32,000 nucleotides of DNA from Sulfolobus acidocaldarius DSM 639 (GTDB lineage: Archaea; Thermoproteota; Thermoprotei_A; Sulfolobales; Sulfolobaceae): contig NC_007181.1 of the NCBI RefSeq assembly GCF_000012285.1, positions 900,001-932,000 of the forward strand. Reading direction: 5' to 3'. The notes below the pieces were generated by a model. It had not been told where the DNA came from and did not search any database. It worked only from the letters and a program-made list of their open reading frames with translations. Below are positions 8,850 to 16,906 of this stretch, one piece after another. The translations under genes were made by a program, and so were the position numbers. Numbering within the stretch: position 1 is the first letter of the stretch; every line of letters starts with the position of its first letter.

Positions 8850-9971
8850 ATGGGCGAAGAAGATAAAGAGTTAGAGGAGTATAGGAATAAGGTCAGAGAG
8901 TGGATTCGCAAGAACGTACCTGAAGAGATAAAGGAAAAGGGAGATATGGCACCAGTTGAGGTCTTAAAGAGCTGGCAGAGGAAAATATATGAGGCAGGCT
9001 ATCTTGGTGTCTCATGGCCTAAGGAATATGGTGGTTGGGGAGATAGTCCCATAAAGGAGATTATTGTTAGAGAGGAATTCGCTAAAGCAGGAGTTCCTTA
9101 CGCTACGATAGGTTTAGGAGTATCGGTCACAGGTCCTGCAATTTTGAACAACGGAAATGAAGAGCAGAAGAAAAAACACATAAGGAGAATCCTTACAGCG
9201 GAAGATATATGGTGTCAAGGGTTTTCTGAACCCCACGCAGGATCAGATTTAGCTTCAATCAGAACCAAGATAGAGGATAAGGGAGATCATTATGAAGTAA
9301 ATGGGCAGAAGATATGGAGTAGTTATGCCCATCTGGCTAATTACTGTCTCCTATTAGGGAGGACAGGAGACCCCTCTGAAAGGCACAAAGGGCTGACAAT
9401 ACTCATAGTAGATATGAGAAGCGAGGGGATAAAAGTTAGCCCTATTAAGCAGATAACTGGAAGATCAGAGTTTAACACGGTATACTTCAATCAAGTAAAG
9501 GTGCCTAAGGAAAATGTTGTAGGTAAGGTAGGAGAAGGATGGAGAGTGGCTATGTCCACACTGAATTACGAAAGACTAAACATAGGTACAATACTATTTG
9601 GAGTCGAGAGGATAATCAGAGATCTTGTGAACACTGGTTATAAGGGAGAATCCTTAATTAATACAGCTGAAGATATAATTGCGCTGAAAGCCTTTTACAA
9701 GAGAATACTAGAGAGAATGAAAAAGGGATATATAGCTGGTCCAGAGGCTGCCATGATCAAGTTAGTAGCTTCTGAGTCAATGCAAAAAGTCTATGAGAGT
9801 GCATTCAATACCATGGGTCCGGAAGCTCTAGTGGTAGAACGTAAACCTGGTTTCAGACCTGAAATAGTTTATGGACTATTAGCTTCAAGGTCAATTACTA
9901 TTGCAGGAGGAACGTCGGAAATATTAAGAAACCTGCTTGGAGAGGTCGTACTAGGATTACCTAAAGGATAA
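8850..9971 (+). CDS. Acyl-CoA dehydrogenase (FadE-like subfamily with IAGGTSE in place of the YEGT catalytic-Glu motif)
   Basis: FSEPHAGSD is the FAD/substrate motif (TEPxAGSD-like). GEGWRVAMSTLNYER and C-terminal IAGGTSEILRN are also present. 373 aa. Confidence 0.8.
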   Translation: MGEEDKELEEYRNKVREWIRKNVPEEIKEKGDMAPVEVLKSWQRKIYEAGYLGVSWPKEYGGWGDSPIKEIIVREEFAKAGVPYATIGLGVSVTGPAILNNGNEEQKKKHIRRILTAEDIWCQGFSEPHAGSDLASIRTKIEDKGDHYEVNGQKIWSSYAHLANYCLLLGRTGDPSERHKGLTILIVDMRSEGIKVSPIKQITGRSEFNTVYFNQVKVPKENVVGKVGEGWRVAMSTLNYERLNIGTILFGVERIIRDLVNTGYKGESLINTAEDIIALKAFYKRILERMKKGYIAGPEAAMIKLVASESMQKVYESAFNTMGPEALVVERKPGFRPEIVYGLLASRSITIAGGTSEILRNLLGEVVLGLPKG

Positions 9972-9996
9972 CGATGTACACAAGGAACTAGATAAC

Positions 9997-10012
9997 AAAA
10001 AACATGTTTTTT
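9997..10012. terminator. Bidirectional T-tract terminator palindrome AAAAAACATGTTTTTT between convergent genes
   Basis: A perfect 16-bp palindrome gives a T6 tract on both strands, placed between the stop at 9971 (+) and the stop at 10065 (-). Confidence 0.6.
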
Positions 10013-10064
10013 ATTCCTTACACTTTCTTTTGTACTTAAGGAGAGAGATAAAAAATAATCTCAT

Positions 10065-12056
10065 TTATTCTCCTTTGAACTGTGGCTTTCTCCTCTCTAG
10101 GAAAGCCCTTACTCCTTCTTTTACATCCTCTGTTGTGAATAACAGTCCGAATAAGGCAGACTCTAATTCCTGTCCAGTCCATATATTAGCCTCATAACCT
10201 AACTCCACAGCTAATTTGGCAGCTAATAATGATAACGGCGACTTTTCTGCAATCTTCAATGCCACTCTCCTAACTTCCTCCTCAAATTTGTTTGCCGGAA
10301 CGACCTGATCAACTAGTCCCATTTTATATGCCTCTTCCGCAGGGATCATATCACCGGTGTAAATAAGTAACTTCGCTCTTCCTTTACCTATTAGTCTTGG
10401 AAGTCTTTGTGTACCACCGGCCCCTGGAATTATTCCGATATTGATCTCAGGCTGACCTAACTGGGCTAAATTAGAGGCTATTCTGATGTCGCACGCCATT
10501 GCCAACTCAAGTCCTCCGCCTAGGGCGAACCCATTTATAGCAGCGATAACTGGCTTAGTATAAAGTTGAATCTTGTAGATGACGTTTTTCATATACCTGT
10601 ATCTCACAACATCAATTGGTCTCAGTGTAGTAAATGACGTTACGTCAGCACCTGCAGAAAATGCTCTACCATTACCAGTGATAATTACCACTCGGACGTC
10701 ATTATTGAACTCCAACTCGTCCAAAACCTTGTCCAGTTCACCCATTAATTCTTGGCTTAACGCGTTAAGTCTCTCTGGTCTATTTAAGACTATCCAGGCT
10801 AAGGGAGGCTCAACTCTAAGTATTAAGGTTTTTAGTGTCTTTTGTTGAATCTTCCCGTACTCAAAGAATCCTGAGCCTGACTTCATTCCCACTTTGCCTT
10901 GAGAAACCATCTCTGTCAACAGGGGATCTGGATCGAATGAACTTATTCCTGTTAATTTCTTTAACTCTGACAATGAATTCACAATGTTATCTATTCCCAC
11001 CTCATCGGCTAATTTCAGTATACCTTTCTGGAATCCTAGACCAAGGACTGTACCTAAGTCTACATCCTCCTTACTGGCTATATTCTCCCTCACTAATCTA
11101 GCGGCTTCATTTACTGCTGGCGCAATAATTAAAGCTGGGTTTAACTTCTCTGCCAACTCCTTAGGTAATTCAGGCTTGACGTACTTACCTGGACCTGGAT
11201 AGGTGTAGAATCCCTTTCCACTTTTAACACCCAACTCATTGTTCTTGAACTTTTCAACTATTAGTGAGCAGATTGGTATATCGTCTTTCACTCCCAGTTC
11301 TTCCCTTGATTTTGAAATGTAATATGCAACATCTATACCAGTGTAATCTAGGAGTTCAAAAACTCCCATTGGGAAGCCTAGTTTGTATCTTGCAACAGCA
11401 TCGACTTCTTTTATGTCAGCAAGCTTCTTCTCAACTACTATACACGATGCGATATTTATTCCTCCTAAAATCCTGTTTACAACGTATCCAGGAATATCTT
11501 TGTTTATCATTATAGGCTGCTTCCCTAATTTCTTTGCTAACTCATATGTCACCTTTGCGGTCTCGTCGCTGGTTTTGTCGCCCTTCATTACTTCAACTAG
11601 GGGCATAAGTGCAGGGGGATTAAAGTAATGCATTCCAACTACCTTATCAGGTCTCTTTGTAGCCTCAGCTATTTTGGAAACTGGTAGACTACTGGTATTA
11701 GTTGCTAGTATTGCATGAGGTGGTAATAGCTCGTCTAATTTTGCAAATGTCTGTCTCTTTACATCTATTTTCTCTGTTATCGCTTCAATGGAAAAATCAG
11801 CATCACTGACAGTCTTATCTAGTCCAACTACAGGTCTTATTCTCTGCAGTACTGTCTCTACGTCCTCCTTTATTGTCCCTCTTTCCTTTAACTTTGTAAG
11901 ACTCCATTTGACTTTGTCCATTGCACTATTTAATATATCTTGAGAGACATCACTTAGATATACTTGATAACCTGCTATGGCTGCTAGTTCCGCTATACCG
12001 TGACCCATAGTTCCTGCTCCGATGACGAGTATTTTCTTAATATCTTCTACTTTCAT
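10065..12056 (-). CDS. Bifunctional 3-hydroxyacyl-CoA dehydrogenase (N-terminal) / enoyl-CoA hydratase (C-terminal)
   Basis: N-terminal Rossmann motif VIGAGTMGHGIAELAA followed by the HCDH C-terminal domain. The C-terminal ~250 aa are a crotonase fold (ITGNGRAFSAGADV, GGGLELAMACD). 663 aa. Confidence 0.9.
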   Translation of the reverse strand: MKVEDIKKILVIGAGTMGHGIAELAAIAGYQVYLSDVSQDILNSAMDKVKWSLTKLKERGTIKEDVETVLQRIRPVVGLDKTVSDADFSIEAITEKIDVKRQTFAKLDELLPPHAILATNTSSLPVSKIAEATKRPDKVVGMHYFNPPALMPLVEVMKGDKTSDETAKVTYELAKKLGKQPIMINKDIPGYVVNRILGGINIASCIVVEKKLADIKEVDAVARYKLGFPMGVFELLDYTGIDVAYYISKSREELGVKDDIPICSLIVEKFKNNELGVKSGKGFYTYPGPGKYVKPELPKELAEKLNPALIIAPAVNEAARLVRENIASKEDVDLGTVLGLGFQKGILKLADEVGIDNIVNSLSELKKLTGISSFDPDPLLTEMVSQGKVGMKSGSGFFEYGKIQQKTLKTLILRVEPPLAWIVLNRPERLNALSQELMGELDKVLDELEFNNDVRVVIITGNGRAFSAGADVTSFTTLRPIDVVRYRYMKNVIYKIQLYTKPVIAAINGFALGGGLELAMACDIRIASNLAQLGQPEINIGIIPGAGGTQRLPRLIGKGRAKLLIYTGDMIPAEEAYKMGLVDQVVPANKFEEEVRRVALKIAEKSPLSLLAAKLAVELGYEANIWTGQELESALFGLLFTTEDVKEGVRAFLERRKPQFKGE

Positions 12057-12101
12057 AGAGTAGTATAAAATTAAAGGGTTAATAAATGATATCCATTCCG
12101 A

Positions 12102-13022
12102 TTAAAGTGTATAAGTTATAGAGGTTCCTTCATTTATCTCCTTAATTTTGTCCCTGTATAGGAGGTACTTTATGTGAGCCATGGTTTCACCCATTGCTAA
12201 CTGCTTATCAAAGTTTGACAACTCATCCCACTTCCTGTACCAGGAAATATTCATTGCTATTTCAAAGGCACTAGCTCTACCCTTCTTTTTCAAGATATCA
12301 ATTATCTCTTGAAGTCTATGGAAATGGTGTTGCTTAATCTCTTCTATTCTCTCTTTAACGTTAGTAAATGGTTCTCCGTGGGCGGGGTAAATTGTATTTA
12401 TCTCCAACTTCTCTATCTTATCAAGACTGTCTAAATATCTACCTAAGGGATCATCGTATGGAGCGTGGAGTGAAACATTAGGTGTGACATTTGGTAGGAT
12501 ATGGTCTCCACAAAATAGGTTTTCCCCGTATTTCACACATGAGTGACCTACCGTGTGTCCTGGAGTCCAAATAACTTCAGCCTCATTACCCCCTATTACT
12601 ATCTTATCTCCGTCTTTTACACCCTCAAATTCTATGTCAGCTAGAAGTTCTTTAAAGAAAGCCCTCTGACTGAAAATTCTCTGTAGAAAATTTTCTGGGA
12701 AACCATTCCGTAATAGGTAATCCTTCATTTCTCTTTCATGTACTCCTTCAATGACGTCAGTGATAAACTGTAGCTCTTCCTGGTTAAGCAAAATCCTGCT
12801 TTTTTTAAATAGCCTAGCCTGCCCTATATGGTCTGGATGATAGTGGGTTATAAGTACATAGTCAGGATAACCACTCTTTTCAATAAATTCCTTTAGGACT
12901 ACTGCATCGTCCTCTATGGGAAGACCCGTGTCGATAAGCAACGTATCATCTCCGTCCCTTATAACGTAAGAATTAATGTGTTTTAGGGGACCAGGCATTG
13001 GTAGGCTTAGTGTTGTTATCAT
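12102..13022 (-). CDS. Metallo-beta-lactamase-fold hydrolase
   Basis: ITHYHPDHIG is the HxHxDH metal motif, with downstream TPGHTVGH, CGDH and PAHG ligands. There is a C-terminal ~80-aa helical extension. It lies 45 bp upstream of the HCDH/ECH gene on the same strand. Confidence 0.75.
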   Translation of the reverse strand: MITTLSLPMPGPLKHINSYVIRDGDDTLLIDTGLPIEDDAVVLKEFIEKSGYPDYVLITHYHPDHIGQARLFKKSRILLNQEELQFITDVIEGVHEREMKDYLLRNGFPENFLQRIFSQRAFFKELLADIEFEGVKDGDKIVIGGNEAEVIWTPGHTVGHSCVKYGENLFCGDHILPNVTPNVSLHAPYDDPLGRYLDSLDKIEKLEINTIYPAHGEPFTNVKERIEEIKQHHFHRLQEIIDILKKKGRASAFEIAMNISWYRKWDELSNFDKQLAMGETMAHIKYLLYRDKIKEINEGTSITYTL

Positions 13023-13030
13023 AGTTCAAG

Positions 13031-13045
13031 AATTTGATTTTGAGT
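13031..13045 (-). promoter_or_regulatory. ACTCAAAATCAAATT box between TATA and the start codon of the MBL-fold gene (candidate TetR/FadR site)
   Basis: The minus strand reads cttatataACTCAAAATCAAATTcttgaactATG. It matches 13/14 to the regulator-promoter box after a 1-nt gap. Confidence 0.4.
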
Positions 13046-13159
13046 TATATAAGCATATTAGAAAACCACAGTGAAAAGCTCATGTATTTGACGCTAGGGC
13101 ATACGCGTTAATTTTTATTCAATTTAATATTTATAAATTAGCAACTTATAATAGATATA

Positions 13160-14812
13160 ATGATAAAAGGAATTCCCTCCACAGTAAATGATGAATGGCA
13201 ACTGAACCTACATAAAGTAATCGAATACGCCTCTAAAGTCCACGGAGAAAGAGAAATTATTTCAGATAGAAGATTTCAAGGGGGAGTACTCCACAACTTA
13301 AATTATAGAAAAATATTCCATAGAATATCTAGCTTTACAAACTCCCTTGAAAAGGAACTTAATACAAAAGCTGGTGATATTATAGGTATATTGGGTTGGA
13401 ACGATCACAGGTATTTTGAGTCATTCTTCACTGTCCCGTCTCTAGGAGCAGTGTTACTGGAATTAAACATCAGACTTCACCCTGCAGACTTACTATACAT
13501 CTTAAAACACACTAGGGCAAAAGGTCTATTGGTTGACGATTCTTTACTTCCATTGGCTGAGGCTCTATCTAAGGAGTATAATTTTGACTACACTATCATC
13601 ATGAGTGATAAACCTTTTGAGGAAATCAAGACGAATATCAGGAATGCATTTGGTTATGAAGAATTAGTGAAGTCCGGCTCACCCAACAGAAAATTTGAGG
13701 AGGTAGATGAAAAGTCTACGGCATTTGCTGCATTTACTACCGGGACTACGGGTCTACCAAAGGGTGTATTTTACTCCCATAGATCTGTGGTACTCCATGC
13801 GTTAAACATTTCTAGAGATCTTAAACCATCAGATGTGATATTACAAGCTGTTCCGTTCTTCCATGTCCATGGTTGGGGTACTCAGTTTGCTGGTGCAATT
13901 ACTGGTTGTAAGCAGATATTTCCTGGTAGACCAACTGTTGACTCCATGGTTGAGCACATTTTAAATCATAAAGTTACGAGAACGGCAGCAGTACCTACTG
14001 TAGTTCTAGAATTATTAAGAAGAATAGAGACGATGGATCCTAAACCGAATTTAGCTGGCTTAAGACTAGGTATTGGGGGAGCGGAGCCGCCATCAGCTCT
14101 AGTTTCTGCCTTGGCGAAACACGGTATTGAGACAGGACAAGGATATGGTGCTACTGAGACAGGACCGGTAGTGGTAGCTGCGGTAGCTAAGCCCGAATTC
14201 GAGCAATTACCTGTAGAGGAGAAGTTCAAGAGGCTAAAACAAGGGTTAATACTATTTGGTGTCGAGGTAAAAGTAGTTGATCCTGTATCAGGAGAAGAGT
14301 TACCTTGGGATGGTAAGAGTGTGGGTGAAATTTGGTTTAGGGGACCATGGATCGCTAGGTCGTACTATAATGACCCGAGGAGTGCAGAGTCTTTTACTAG
14401 TGATGGGTGGTGGAAAAGTAAAGATTTAGGTGTTATTGATGAATTGGGCTATGTTAAATTAGTTGATAGGTTAAAAGACGTAGTTAAAAGCGGTGGTGAG
14501 TGGATTAGTAGTATTGATTTGGAGAACTTTTTGATGGCTCATCCTTATGTTAGAGAGGCTAGTGTTGTTGGTGTTCCTCACCCTAAGTGGGGTGAGAGAC
14601 CATTGGCTGTGGTATCACTTAAACCTGAATATCAGAGTAAGGACAAGGAAGAAGTAAAGAAGTCACTACTTGATCACTTATCTAAGAGGTTTGCCAAGTG
14701 GCAGTTACCGGATGATATTGTCTTTGTTGATGAGATACCTAAGACTAGTGTTGGTAAGTTCAGGAAGGAGGAGTTGAGAAATAAGTATAAGGACTATTAC
14801 ATGAAACAATAG
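13160..14812 (+). CDS. AMP-dependent acyl-CoA synthetase (fatty-acid-CoA ligase), paralog A
   Basis: FTTGTTGLPKGV is the AMP-binding motif I. GYGATETGP and the C-terminal SVGKFRK lysine loop are present. 550 aa. About 85% aa identity (by eye) to 29964..31616. Confidence 0.85.
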   Translation: MIKGIPSTVNDEWQLNLHKVIEYASKVHGEREIISDRRFQGGVLHNLNYRKIFHRISSFTNSLEKELNTKAGDIIGILGWNDHRYFESFFTVPSLGAVLLELNIRLHPADLLYILKHTRAKGLLVDDSLLPLAEALSKEYNFDYTIIMSDKPFEEIKTNIRNAFGYEELVKSGSPNRKFEEVDEKSTAFAAFTTGTTGLPKGVFYSHRSVVLHALNISRDLKPSDVILQAVPFFHVHGWGTQFAGAITGCKQIFPGRPTVDSMVEHILNHKVTRTAAVPTVVLELLRRIETMDPKPNLAGLRLGIGGAEPPSALVSALAKHGIETGQGYGATETGPVVVAAVAKPEFEQLPVEEKFKRLKQGLILFGVEVKVVDPVSGEELPWDGKSVGEIWFRGPWIARSYYNDPRSAESFTSDGWWKSKDLGVIDELGYVKLVDRLKDVVKSGGEWISSIDLENFLMAHPYVREASVVGVPHPKWGERPLAVVSLKPEYQSKDKEEVKKSLLDHLSKRFAKWQLPDDIVFVDEIPKTSVGKFRKEELRNKYKDYYMKQ

Positions 14813-14825
14813 ACGATCTAAAGAA

Positions 14826-14836
14826 TTTTTTATTTT
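14826..14836 (+). terminator. T-tract terminator (TTTTTTATTTT) after acyl-CoA synthetase A
   Basis: A T6-A-T4 tract lies 14 nt after the stop codon, typical of archaeal intrinsic termination. Confidence 0.5.
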
Positions 14837-14929
14837 GTATTCATTTTATTTATGATTTTCAATAACAGGCACTACTGTAATGTTTGAAGATATATCTCTT
14901 TTATTAAGTATTAAGTCATGTTGCTTTTT

Positions 14930-14964
14930 CTACTTTTTGGCAGTTTTGTAATCCAATTTATTAG
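14930..14964 (+). repeat. Conserved intergenic element, copy 1 (ctacttTTTGGCAGTTTTGTAAtccaaTTTATTAG)
   Basis: Shares ctactt, GGCAGTTTTG, AA and TTATTAG in the same order and orientation with 28308..28338: 25 of 31 positions with one 4-nt indel, by hand alignment. Confidence 0.5.
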
Positions 14965-15036
14965 ATTATTTTTAGCATAAGTTTATTTTTAATTCTTTAA
15001 GCAAAGTTTTTAACATAAGAGTTACTATATAAAGAT

Positions 15037-15963
15037 ATGGTATTAAATTTCGAAGAATACAAACATACGTATTTTAAGTCGATAAAGAAAGGAGGGATTG
15101 ATTGGTCTCTATTTCCTATGAAGTTATATCAGCTGGGCAAGAAACTTTTTTGGGATCCATCGACAATTGATCTTACCCAAGACAGAGCAGACTGGGACAA
15201 GTTAAGGGATATAGATAAGTTTCTTATGGTCAATGTAACATCTAAGTTCGGTGCAGGCGAAGAGGCAGTAGCCCTTGATCTACACCCCTTGATTGTCACA
15301 CTTGTTAAAGAAGGCAGAGTAGAGGAGGTCATGTATTTAGAGCAGTTTATTTTTGAGGAAGCGAAACATGTAGAAGCTTTTAGGAGGTTCTTGGACGCAG
15401 TAGGTGTTAAGGAGGACTTGGTGGAATTAACTAAGGATGTTTCACCAAACTACGCTAAGATATTCTATGAGGAGCTCCCAAAGGCAATGTGGAATTTGAA
15501 TAGAGACCCGTCCCCTGAGAACCAAGTTAGAGCAGCTGTAACATACAATCTTGTGGTAGAAGGGGTCGCTGCTGAAGGCGGATACAATATTTTCAAATAC
15601 ATAACTAGGACATTTAATATATTTCCAGGACTAGCTAAAATGGTGAATTATATAGCTACTGACGAGTCAAGGCATATAGCCTTTGGGACATATCTCATTG
15701 CAAGGCTCATAAAAGAAGGAGGAGAGAGTGTATACAAGGCTGCAATGGAGCACATTAACTACTTGGGACCATACGCTGTGGGAATATTTTCAGAGCCTAA
15801 TGTACCACAAGGTGTAGAGATACCTCTGAAGCTTAACCCAGAAGTCACCGTTGAGTACGCTAAAAAACTATTGAATGTGAGAATTCAGGCTATACAGAGG
15901 GCTAAGGAATTGAAGTTAGAGATGCTTACACCAAAGGACTTGGATGTGATAGAGAGTTTATAA
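15037..15963 (+). CDS. R2-like ligand-binding oxidase (ribonucleotide reductase R2-like di-metal carboxylate protein)
   Basis: Two ExxH metal motifs (EEAKHVEAF and TDESRHIAFG) plus additional Glu ligands (GEEAV, VVEGVAAEG). Phe sits at the position of the R2 radical Tyr (HVEAF). N-terminal FWDPSTIDL..D..DW is R2-like. 308 aa. It is embedded among acyl-CoA enzymes rather than next to an RNR large subunit. Confidence 0.7.
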   Translation: MVLNFEEYKHTYFKSIKKGGIDWSLFPMKLYQLGKKLFWDPSTIDLTQDRADWDKLRDIDKFLMVNVTSKFGAGEEAVALDLHPLIVTLVKEGRVEEVMYLEQFIFEEAKHVEAFRRFLDAVGVKEDLVELTKDVSPNYAKIFYEELPKAMWNLNRDPSPENQVRAAVTYNLVVEGVAAEGGYNIFKYITRTFNIFPGLAKMVNYIATDESRHIAFGTYLIARLIKEGGESVYKAAMEHINYLGPYAVGIFSEPNVPQGVEIPLKLNPEVTVEYAKKLLNVRIQAIQRAKELKLEMLTPKDLDVIESL

Positions 15964-16871
15964 TGGTGAACCCCATGTTACTGGACCCCACATTCGAAAT
16001 GAGTGATGACGTAAAACTAATTTTAGGAAGTATTAAGGAACTGTTGGATTCTAAGTGGGACACAAAGAAGTTTAGGAGTGTTTTAGAGGGAAATAAAGAA
16101 CTCACTGAGCAGTTGTGGAAGGACATAATAAAACTGGAGATTCTACCATATATTTCCAATTCACCATTGAGAGATGCTGTAATAATAAATGAGTTAATTG
16201 GTAGTAAACTTCTGCCAGGTATAATAGCTAGTAGTGTAGTTGCCTCTAGGGGAATAAAGAGTAAGGATATACTGGATAAGCTCTTCTCAGGTGAAGTTAA
16301 GATAGCGGTCTCTGACTCCAACTATGTCCCAGGTGCAGATCAAGCAGATCTAATCCTCATTGATAACACAATAGTAAAGAGGAAAGATGCGGAATTGAAA
16401 AGTTTCAACTCTCTAGATAATTCGATGAAAATAAATGAAGTTAAGCATAATGCTGGCGAAAATGTACAAGTTAACAACGCTGAAATATCTATACTTTTTG
16501 CATCGCAGATGTTAGGACATGGACAGGAAGTGTTAAACATGGCTGTAAAGTATAGCAAAGAGAGGATAGCTTTCGGTAAGCCCATTGGTTCTTATCAAGC
16601 TATTAAACACAGAGTTGTAAATGACGCTGTTGATGTGGAGCTGGTTCGGTCTATAATATTGGAAGCATCTGATAACATTAAGTATGTATGGTTAGCGAAG
16701 GAGTTAGCTAATAAAAAGATACCAAAAGTGATTTTAAGCGGTATTCAAGTACATGGTGGGATTGGCTTCACTGACGATATGGACATACACTTACACCTAA
16801 AGAGGAGCCTTACCCTTAGCAAAATTTATAACGGAAAAGTGGACATTTCAGAGTTTCTGCAATCTTTATAA
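15963..16871 (+). CDS. Degenerate acyl-CoA dehydrogenase-like protein (shortened middle domain, catalytic Glu replaced)
   Basis: The C-terminal ACAD domain is clear (LGHGQEVLNMAVKYSKERIAFGKPIGSYQAIKHR, VHGGIGFT). However, IYEG is IYNG, the TEPxAGSD motif is absent (SDSNYVPGADQAD), and the protein has only 302 aa. The start ATG overlaps the R2lox stop (TAATG). Confidence 0.65.
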   Translation: MVNPMLLDPTFEMSDDVKLILGSIKELLDSKWDTKKFRSVLEGNKELTEQLWKDIIKLEILPYISNSPLRDAVIINELIGSKLLPGIIASSVVASRGIKSKDILDKLFSGEVKIAVSDSNYVPGADQADLILIDNTIVKRKDAELKSFNSLDNSMKINEVKHNAGENVQVNNAEISILFASQMLGHGQEVLNMAVKYSKERIAFGKPIGSYQAIKHRVVNDAVDVELVRSIILEASDNIKYVWLAKELANKKIPKVILSGIQVHGGIGFTDDMDIHLHLKRSLTLSKIYNGKVDISEFLQSL

Positions 16872-16906
16872 TCTCCCGGTTTAAATTATTATAAGAGGTT
16901 AAAACA

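Noticed and set aside
13016-13024. TTGAACTAT occurs three times: at the start codons of the MBL gene and the MDR reductase (19131-19139), and at 31690-31698.
   Set aside because: About one occurrence of this AT-rich 9-mer is expected on both strands of the window. Three is only mildly enriched, and the third copy is not at a gene start.
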